64,000 bases of DNA from the NCBI GenBank assembly GCA_038062015.1, contig JBBTXZ010000002.1:1266-65265 (forward strand). Direction: 5' to 3'. This DNA comes from Patescibacteria group bacterium. Lineage in GTDB: Bacteria > Patescibacteriota > Minisyncoccia > 2-02-FULL-40-12. The notes beneath the pieces are model-generated. The model had not been told where the DNA came from, made no database searches, and saw only the letters and a list, made by a program, of their open reading frames with translations. Of the stretch, positions 1-6,896 are shown piece by piece (positions within the stretch are counted from its first letter, which is position 1; each line of letters begins with the position of its first letter). The position numbers were made by a program, and so were the translations under genes.

Positions 1-159
1 GTGAGGCCACGGGAACATCAAAGGGGTGATCCAGAACCAATACCTCATTCAACGAGCGAAGAGGGATTTGTGCGGCCTTGGGTATTGCCGACAATGAGCG
101 CCTAGGCTGCATAATCGTCAACTTAAGCCAGGCGACATACTCTGTTTTGAGCTCCACGG

Positions 160-200
160 AGAAAAGCAACACGCTTAGTATGGTGGGGCTTTTCTGTTTT
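160..200 (+). terminator. possible intrinsic terminator of an upstream + strand gene
   Basis: AGAAAAGC (160-167) pairs with GCTTTTCT (188-195), followed by GTTTT; long loop, so weak. Confidence 0.3.
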
Positions 201-249
201 TCATATATTATCTGGTTCTGTATCTGTCTCCAAACCCTCAATCCCTCTA

Positions 250-283
250 TAATCTGGTTCCCCCCTTAATCTGGTTCCCCCCT
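250..283. repeat. perfect 17-bp tandem duplication
   Basis: TAATCTGGTTCCCCCCT at 250-266 and 267-283. Confidence 0.9.
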
Positions 284-303
284 TCGCTAAAGCTTCGGAA
301 GGG
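280..303. repeat. REP-like hairpin, CCTTCGC-N-GCTTCGG family
   Basis: CCCTTC GCTAAAGCTTCG GAAGGG; shares CCTTCGC...GCTTCGG with the two secA insertions. Confidence 0.65.
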
Positions 304-334
304 TAAGCAAGCGGCTCCTACGAGGCGGACTAAA

Positions 335-1849
335 TTATTTCTTTTCAACCTCTTCCAACGCTTTTCTTAACCCCTCCAAATCCGGCTCAACGTTTTTTCT
401 CTTAAAATTCTCCGGTTCGCGCTTGATTAATTCGTCAAGCGATACGCTTTTCTCTCTCGGAATCGGAACTTCAGGCGATTGAACCCTTAGTTTCATCGCT
501 TTTGGTTTTGAAGGCCGAGCGCTTAGCGTCCCGAACGGCCCCGCTGAACGGAGGGCCGGCCCTATTGCCAGGCTCCAACTTTCAATCTCTTTTTCAACCG
601 CTTCAACCGGTCGGCTGTATTTTTTTCTTGACGCACCAATAATAATCTCTTTAATGCTGGCTCTCGATTCCAAAGGAATCGGCGGCAGAGTCAAAGCTGA
701 AAACGGTCTTGAGGAAATACCGTCAACCAGAAGCTTCAGATAAACATTGTAATTAGACAGGTTGACAAAATCTTGGGAGATAAGTTCCGGAGCAAACTGG
801 ATTTCCAAAAATTCGGCGTCGGTGGCGCCGACCCTGAATGTAATCATAGTTCCGACATTGCCAAAAACGGCGTCTCGGACCCGAGTGGAAGTTTCGGTTA
901 TCAGTTGGCCGATGTATTGATGAGCAATAATTAAAGCCAAACCGTATTTTCTTGACTCCGATAAAATTGTGGCAAAAGCATCGGTGGCAAAGTTTTGAAA
1001 TTCATCCACATAAAGAAAAAATGGGTGACGCTCTTCTTTATGAACCTTGATTCTTTCCATGGCCGTCAACTGAATTTTAGTTATCAGCATCGCTCCCAAT
1101 AAAGCCGAATTGTCTTCGCCGATAAGCCCCTTGGAAACATTGACCAAAAGAATTTTTCGATTCTCAATTATGTCTTCGATGTCCAAAGTGCTTTTTGACT
1201 GGCCGACGATATTTCTAACCATTTTAGTGGCCAAAAACTGACCGACTTTATTTTGAATGGGCACAATTGCTTCATTCCTGAACTTTTGTTCCCAAGCTTC
1301 GTACTCGGTTGTCCAAAATGCCCTAACTACCGGGTCCTTAATATTGCTGATTATTTTTTTGCGGTATTCTTTATCTACTAAGAGCCGTGGAATCCCCATT
1401 AAAGTTGAATCCGGCGTGTCTAAAAGCGCTAAAACGCAGTTATTTAAAATATATTCCATTCTGGCTGACCAGACTCCGGCCCAGATTTTAGTGAAAACAG
1501 CCATCAAACCTGAAGCAACCAAGTGCTTATGTTCCGGATTTTTGACTTCCAAAATATTAAAACCAATCGGGTATTCCGAATCAACCGGATTAAAATAAAT
1601 GGTATCGCCGACTCGCTCCTTTGGGATTGAATCCAATAAATCTTCGACAAATTCGCCGTGAGGGTCGATTACGGCCAAACCCTGGCCGGTTTTAATGTCC
1701 TGAACCGCCAGATTCTTCAAAAGAGTGGTCTTGCCGGTGCCGGTCTGGCCGATGACGTACATATGCTGGAGCCGGTCTTTTTCCTTGATGCCGAAAATCC
1801 GGTCCTGCCCCCGAAAATTGGTTTTGGCGAAATAGGTAATGTCAGACAT
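335..1849 (-). CDS. VirD4/TraG-like (HerA/FtsK superfamily) P-loop ATPase
   Basis: Walker A GQTGTGKT, VIDPHG, Walker B LYVDEFQNF, SESRKYGLALIIAHQ, FRVGATDAEFL. Confidence 0.85.
   Translation of the reverse strand: MSDITYFAKTNFRGQDRIFGIKEKDRLQHMYVIGQTGTGKTTLLKNLAVQDIKTGQGLAVIDPHGEFVEDLLDSIPKERVGDTIYFNPVDSEYPIGFNILEVKNPEHKHLVASGLMAVFTKIWAGVWSARMEYILNNCVLALLDTPDSTLMGIPRLLVDKEYRKKIISNIKDPVVRAFWTTEYEAWEQKFRNEAIVPIQNKVGQFLATKMVRNIVGQSKSTLDIEDIIENRKILLVNVSKGLIGEDNSALLGAMLITKIQLTAMERIKVHKEERHPFFLYVDEFQNFATDAFATILSESRKYGLALIIAHQYIGQLITETSTRVRDAVFGNVGTMITFRVGATDAEFLEIQFAPELISQDFVNLSNYNVYLKLLVDGISSRPFSALTLPPIPLESRASIKEIIIGASRKKYSRPVEAVEKEIESWSLAIGPALRSAGPFGTLSARPSKPKAMKLRVQSPEVPIPREKSVSLDELIKREPENFKRKNVEPDLEGLRKALEEVEKK
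513..563. repeat. GC-rich palindromic insert in ATPase C-terminal tail
   Basis: contains CGGCCCCGCTGA (536-547), identical to 12314-12325; both encode RSAGP. Confidence 0.55.
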
Positions 1850-1872
1850 ATCAAAATATCGAAATTTCGAGT

Positions 1873-3156
1873 TTAAAACGGTATGTAGCCGGGCGGACTT
1901 ACCTTTTTACTCTCTACTCTATCCAAAGTCGGCGCGGTCAAAACCACATTGGTCGGCGGATGATACAAAGTGGCCAGCTCCTCTGAATTTAAAATTGAAA
2001 TTGAAGAATTGAAATCTTTATCCGGCCTGTTAGGATCAGCCAGCCGCCCGACAAAAGTTTCTTCCGGAATGTATCTTGTTTTGTAGCGGTATAAAAGCCT
2101 TTTTTTTCTTGCTTTGGTCCGGCGGCCCGTCAGGATAAACGGCCATTTCCACCATCTTGTGCTGGTAAGAGCATTAGCGTTGATGGCGAAATAATTCATG
2201 GAAGAAGCATACTGATTAAAATAGCCCAGCATATTTTTCCAGGCGCCTCTATTAAATATGTCTTTGGGCGCCAAATAAGCCAGCCTGATTAAAACTTCAA
2301 AACCGCGCTTTGAAACTTTCTGACTCACCGCCTTAAGCGATGCTTCTTCGGCCGGACTCAAAATCGGGAATGAAATCGCTGTCTGACCGGGCAGCGGCTT
2401 TAAACGGGTTTTTTCTTTCAATTCTTTGATTATATTCTCTCCTTCTTTCTCCCAACCGGGCTTGGCCGGCCGGACTATCAATTGAATCCAGGTCCTTTCC
2501 TCCGGCCTGGTTCTGGCTATTAGTTCTAAAATATGCGAAATCGGATCAATAATTCTTTCTTCTCCGCCCTTTTCCTCAAAAAGCATATAGGTGTTTATGG
2601 GATGAGGCGAGGGGTTCTTCAATTTTGACTCCAAACCGAAAAAGTCATATCCGGTCCGTTCCAAATCATCAAAAGAATCGGGGAATTCAGCCGTATAATC
2701 CTCGACTCCGGCTATTTCAATATCCGGGTATTGGGCGTAAAGCATTGATTCCACCGAGTGGCGGAGTTTTTTCGGGGTTCTGATGTAAAAATGAGCTTTG
2801 CCGCCAGTGCCGACGATTTCAAAACTGAACCAAAGAATCACTTCGCCGTCCACGTATTTTTCCTTCCAGCTCATCGGTATGTTTATCAAAGTCCAGAGTC
2901 CGGTAAAAAACTGGTCCATCGCCTTGGGCCCTTTTTCAACCTCCCGGGGGACGCGGATTTCAAACATGTCCCATTCAATCTCGCTTCTGAATTTTGCCTG
3001 CCGATAAAAAAGCAGCGCGTTTCGGACAATTAAAAAAACCAGAAAAGCCAAAACCGGCAAGATAACCCGCTTAAAAGGCGCGAGGAAAGAAACTAAAAAT
3101 TTTAAATCTTCGTAAGTCCCAAAGAGAAGCTGAAAATCCAAAAAGTTCATCAACAA
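1873..3156 (-). CDS. membrane-anchored conserved hypothetical protein, usual partner of CPR VirD4-like ATPases
   Basis: N-terminal TM helix; FSFEI, LYAQYPDIEI, IDPI, WIQLIVRP, ILNSEELATLYHPP motifs; likely start ATG 3150. Confidence 0.7.
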   Translation of the reverse strand: MLMNFLDFQLLFGTYEDLKFLVSFLAPFKRVILPVLAFLVFLIVRNALLFYRQAKFRSEIEWDMFEIRVPREVEKGPKAMDQFFTGLWTLINIPMSWKEKYVDGEVILWFSFEIVGTGGKAHFYIRTPKKLRHSVESMLYAQYPDIEIAGVEDYTAEFPDSFDDLERTGYDFFGLESKLKNPSPHPINTYMLFEEKGGEERIIDPISHILELIARTRPEERTWIQLIVRPAKPGWEKEGENIIKELKEKTRLKPLPGQTAISFPILSPAEEASLKAVSQKVSKRGFEVLIRLAYLAPKDIFNRGAWKNMLGYFNQYASSMNYFAINANALTSTRWWKWPFILTGRRTKARKKRLLYRYKTRYIPEETFVGRLADPNRPDKDFNSSISILNSEELATLYHPPTNVVLTAPTLDRVESKKVSPPGYIPF

Positions 3157-3172
3157 TAATTATACCACCTAA

Positions 3173-4225
3173 TTAACTTCTTTCAATAAGTCTGTAAAAA
3201 CCGTCTTTATCTTTCTTAAAGAGTTTTTTGTCCTGAAGATTCAAAACTATGGTATTGGGTTTGACAAAGCGGGCCTCGGCGGTTTTAGCGATAATCTTTT
3301 CTCTAGGCATCGGGCCGTGTTTTTTTAAAATACTCGTTAAAACGTCCTTAACTGTGCCGGCTTCAAAGCCCCAATCCGAAAGAGCATAAAGGCCGCGGCC
3401 GACCAAAACAAATCTTTTGTCTTTTATAAGCTCGTTATGGACGGTCTGAAAGTTGGCTTTTTTAGAATCAAAATTATGGCTATTGATGGCATCGGTAATT
3501 TCTCTGAAATGGAGAGGTTTATTAATTCTTTTAAAAATAAGATAAGCTTTGTCTTTTATGCCTTTGGGCCGAATCTCGGGCCAGCTGACTAAGCCGGCTT
3601 CGCCGAAAATATTTTTACCCATGGCTTTATGCAGTCCCAAATAAGACAGGACTATTTTAGGGTCGCTTGCGTTTTCCTGAGAAGTTTTATTGAAAAACGA
3701 AACAAGCTCTGTTTCCGGAACGACAGAATTCTGTTTTTTAAAGGCATGAACTAATTTTTCGGTTGCCTCTTTGGCTTTATCTATATAGAAGGGATCTTTA
3801 ACCGTCCAGATAGAGTGATAATGATCGTCTTCGGGACAACGTTCAAAGTTACTTGATACGGTCATTAAAAAGACCAGAGCTCCGTTGGTTTTATTATACC
3901 GGCTGGAGCCCGAAAATTCATGGAATAAAAGATCTTCCCGGATGACATTTTCATAGCCTTGAAGAATCGCTTTTATCTTAAAAACCTGATCGCTCAAATT
4001 GAAACCGTCGAATTTTTTTCTGAACTCGCGCAAAGCCACTTCTTCAATCTGGCGGACCCTCTCCCGAGTGATATTGTATTTTTGACCAATAGATTCCAAG
4101 GTTTCAATATTACCGGTTTTAAGGCCAAATCTCCGGGAAACTATGTCCTGGGTTCGAGGATTCAAAGATTTTAAAATCTCTAAAATAGAATTTATAAAAT
4201 TGACTTTTTCTTGCTCATTTAACAT
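3173..4225 (-). CDS. sigma70 region-4 HTH fused to HARE-HTH (RpoE/delta-like) domain
   Basis: RRFGL..ETLESIGQKYNITRERVRQIE at N-terminus; PLHFREIT..QTVHNELIKDKRFVLVGRGLYAL at C-terminus; no sigma region 2. Confidence 0.8.
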   Translation of the reverse strand: MLNEQEKVNFINSILEILKSLNPRTQDIVSRRFGLKTGNIETLESIGQKYNITRERVRQIEEVALREFRKKFDGFNLSDQVFKIKAILQGYENVIREDLLFHEFSGSSRYNKTNGALVFLMTVSSNFERCPEDDHYHSIWTVKDPFYIDKAKEATEKLVHAFKKQNSVVPETELVSFFNKTSQENASDPKIVLSYLGLHKAMGKNIFGEAGLVSWPEIRPKGIKDKAYLIFKRINKPLHFREITDAINSHNFDSKKANFQTVHNELIKDKRFVLVGRGLYALSDWGFEAGTVKDVLTSILKKHGPMPREKIIAKTAEARFVKPNTIVLNLQDKKLFKKDKDGFYRLIERS

Positions 4226-4253
4226 GTGAAAGCTATAATAGCACTCATCAGAA

Positions 4254-5522
4254 ATGTTGTCAAACTATTTTTTAAAACAAGAGGAAAACAAGAAAATAGC
4301 AGTTTTGGGGCTTGGCCGTGAGGGTCGGGCTACCTTGAATTTTTTTAAAAAAAATAAAATAAAGGCCGAGGCCCTCGATGCTAAATTTGACAGAAATTAT
4401 ATTAATAAACTTAAAAAATACAACCTTATTTTTAGAACGCCGGGATTCCCCCGCCTCCATCCCAAGCTTTTAGCCGCCGAAAAAAACGGAGCCGCTATCT
4501 CAAGCCACATTAAATTATTTTTTGATTTGTGTCCGGCGAAAATTATCGGCGTGACCGGAACCAAAGGTAAAACCACAACTGCTTTATTGATATATCAAAT
4601 ATTAAAAACTAAATATAAAAATTCGGTTTTTGTGGCTGGCAATCTTGGAAAACCGGCCCTGGATATATTGTCGAAATTAAATAAAAAATCATTGGTCATT
4701 TTAGAACTTTCAAGTTTCCAGCTTCAGGACTTGGACAAGAGTCCTCATATCGCCGTGATTACCAATATTACTATTGATCATCTTGATCCTTCAGGAAAAT
4801 TCGGACCAGCCACCCACCAAACCGCCAAAGAATACTTTGACGCCAAAGTAAATATAATCAAATATCAATCTGCCAAAGACTTTGCCGTAATTAATCCTTC
4901 GCTTAAAAATAAAATAAAAAAGACGGGTAGAGGTAAGAAAATCTATCCCAATCCCCTATTCTTTCAAACAAAGCTAAGGGGCCTATACAATCTTAAAAAC
5001 ATCGCTTTGGCGATTCAAGTCGGAAAAACTTTGAAAGTTCCGGAAAAAAATATATTGAAAGCAGTTAAAAATTTCAAAGGAGTCGAGCATCGACTTAAAT
5101 TCATAAAAAAAATAAACGGAGTTTCATTTTACAACGATTCAGCCGCCACTAATCCTGACGCAACTTTAGCCGCCCTAAAATCTTTTAATGAACCGATCCA
5201 CTTGATTCTTGGCGGTTCGGATAAAGGATTAAACTACCAAAAACTAGCTGGCTATATTTCAAAATCTAAAAATGTAAAGTCAGTAATGCTAATCGGCCAG
5301 CTAAAAAATAAAATATATCGAATTTTTAAACCAAGACTCGAATTTCAAGTTAAAAAAATAAAAAGTTTAAAAACTGCTGTCTTGACCGCTTTTAAAAATA
5401 CTGCTAAAAATGAAGTGGTTCTTTTGTCTCCCGGAGCGGCAAGCTTTGATATGTTCGAAAGTTATGCCGAGCGAGGGGAGAAGTTCAAAAAACTGGTGCG
5501 CGGTTTGAAATCAAGGAGGTGA
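4254..5522 (+). CDS. murD: UDP-N-acetylmuramoyl-L-alanine--D-glutamate ligase
   Basis: GLGREG, GVTGTKGKTTT, LELSSFQL, DHLD, FKGVEHRL, YNDSAATN, LILGGSDKG, LLSPGAASFDMF. Confidence 0.95.
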   Translation: MLSNYFLKQEENKKIAVLGLGREGRATLNFFKKNKIKAEALDAKFDRNYINKLKKYNLIFRTPGFPRLHPKLLAAEKNGAAISSHIKLFFDLCPAKIIGVTGTKGKTTTALLIYQILKTKYKNSVFVAGNLGKPALDILSKLNKKSLVILELSSFQLQDLDKSPHIAVITNITIDHLDPSGKFGPATHQTAKEYFDAKVNIIKYQSAKDFAVINPSLKNKIKKTGRGKKIYPNPLFFQTKLRGLYNLKNIALAIQVGKTLKVPEKNILKAVKNFKGVEHRLKFIKKINGVSFYNDSAATNPDATLAALKSFNEPIHLILGGSDKGLNYQKLAGYISKSKNVKSVMLIGQLKNKIYRIFKPRLEFQVKKIKSLKTAVLTAFKNTAKNEVVLLSPGAASFDMFESYAERGEKFKKLVRGLKSRR

Positions 5523-5525
5523 AAA

Positions 5526-5852
5526 TTGGCAATAAAAGTCATACCGAATCGGCCAGAATCAGTAGTGGACGACAAAGTCGTGGTAAGGCATCTGGTTGCG
5601 AGAGGATCAGAATTAGTGAGAATTCTTCTTGAGGCCGGAGGCCTTATCGAAGGTATTTCTCCGACCAAAACGGACGCTTCCGGCATAACAATAGAAAAAA
5701 CGATCTACTTTAATAGGCCGGACTCTCTTGATGAAGGTGTCGTTAATAGGTACGTCGAAGAATTCGGCGGCATCGTTAAAAAACTGGAGGAGGTCTCTGT
5801 TTCGCTAACTTCCTGCATTTCACCATTTCGCTCTCCAGAAGGGGTCCACTGA
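5526..5852 (+). CDS. hypothetical protein (SD-led, TTG start)
   Basis: 108-aa ORF, AGGAGGTG just upstream, terminator hairpin at its end. Confidence 0.65.
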   Translation: MAIKVIPNRPESVVDDKVVVRHLVARGSELVRILLEAGGLIEGISPTKTDASGITIEKTIYFNRPDSLDEGVVNRYVEEFGGIVKKLEEVSVSLTSCISPFRSPEGVH

Positions 5853-5875
5853 AATTCGTGGACCCTTATTTTTTT
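5842..5875 (+). terminator. intrinsic terminator
   Basis: GGGTCCAC/GTGGACCC stem followed by TTATTTTTTT; between convergent genes. Confidence 0.8.
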
Positions 5876-5881
5876 ACGCGG

Positions 5882-6763
5882 CTAAGCGCCGCGATTATCA
5901 CGCTTAGCGTGATGAAACAACATCAAAATCGGGCTGGCTAAAAAAATTGAAGAATAAGCGCCGGAAGCGATGCCAATAATCAAGGCCAAAGAAAAATTCT
6001 TCAAGGTCGGCCCGCCAAAAATATAAATGGCGATTACGGCAAAGAGAGTGGTTAGGGTTGTATTTATTGAACGAACTAAAGTTTGCTTTATACTCTTATG
6101 AACTACCTCATTAAAGTTGCCGGATGGATTTTTTAAAATATTTTCTCTGATCCGATCATACACAACCACGGTATCATTTATTGAATACCCTAAAATCGCC
6201 AGAGCCGCGGCAATAAGCGGCGCGTCAATGGCTACTCCTTTAAACTGACCAAGCCAAGAAAAAACTCCGATCGGCAAAAGTAAATCATGAATTAAAGCCA
6301 CAATTGCCCCTAAAGCCAAAACCCAAGGACTAATTATTCCGCCGACTTTTGAAAAAACGACAGCCAAATAAAGAGAAATCAAAATTAAAGCAATAACTAT
6401 CGCGATAATGCTTTTTCTTTTCAATTCCGAGCCCAAAACCGAACCGATTGAATCAAAACGAATTTCTTCCACTTCTCCGAAATTCCGGAATTCCGATAAA
6501 ATCTGCTGATGAGTTTCTTCTGAAATTTCAGACATCTTGATTAAAAACCCGTCTTCGGTCTGGGAAACAGTCGAGTTGCTAACTCCTGATTTTTCCAACG
6601 ATTCTTTTATTATTCTAAATTCTATATTCTGCGTTCTAAGTTCTAATAATGTTCCGCCCGTGAAATCAATGCCTAAATTCAGACCGTAAATTAAAAACAA
6701 ACCTAAACATACGGCCATCAAAACCAGCGAAATTGAAAACATTACTTTGTAGAGTTTAGACAT
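5882..6763 (-). CDS. secF: protein translocase subunit SecF
   Basis: GLNLGIDFTGGT, ALIHD, GYSINDTVVVYDRIREN, RSINT, GAYSSIFLASP. Confidence 0.95.
   Translation of the reverse strand: MSKLYKVMFSISLVLMAVCLGLFLIYGLNLGIDFTGGTLLELRTQNIEFRIIKESLEKSGVSNSTVSQTEDGFLIKMSEISEETHQQILSEFRNFGEVEEIRFDSIGSVLGSELKRKSIIAIVIALILISLYLAVVFSKVGGIISPWVLALGAIVALIHDLLLPIGVFSWLGQFKGVAIDAPLIAAALAILGYSINDTVVVYDRIRENILKNPSGNFNEVVHKSIKQTLVRSINTTLTTLFAVIAIYIFGGPTLKNFSLALIIGIASGAYSSIFLASPILMLFHHAKRDNRGA
6613..6647. repeat. period-7 array inside secF
   Basis: TTCTAAA TTCTATA TTCTGCG TTCTAAG TTCTAAT. Confidence 0.75.
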
Positions 6764-6835
6764 TGAACAATTTTACCACAATAACAAATATTATCTTTCT
6801 TCAAAATCAAGACACCTCGATTTTAATTTTTTATT

Positions 6836-6861
6836 TGATATTATGATATATCATAATATCA
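6836..6861. repeat. perfect 26-bp palindrome between secA and secF
   Basis: TGATATTATGATA|TATCATAATATCA. Confidence 0.9.
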
Positions 6862-6896
6862 TATTTTCATATAATTAAACTCATAATTAATAAACT

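Noticed and set aside
1-200. possible tmRNA, RNase P or other ncRNA, or the 63-aa ORF 78-269
   Set aside because: No tRNA-like ends or RNase P conserved motifs; more likely the 3' end of a gene outside the window. The ORF runs through a hairpin and repeats.
255-330. TGGTTCCCCCC as the reverse complement of a tRNA 3' end (att site)
   Set aside because: No T-arm (GTTCGA) or cloverleaf follows, and there is no integrase nearby.
335-3156. conjugative element or ICE
   Set aside because: No relaxase, VirB4, integrase or att repeats in the window; flanked by housekeeping genes.
4790-4825. extra residues PSGKFGPAT in MurD as another repeat insertion
   Set aside because: The DNA is not palindromic, periodic or repeated; it looks like ordinary loop variation.
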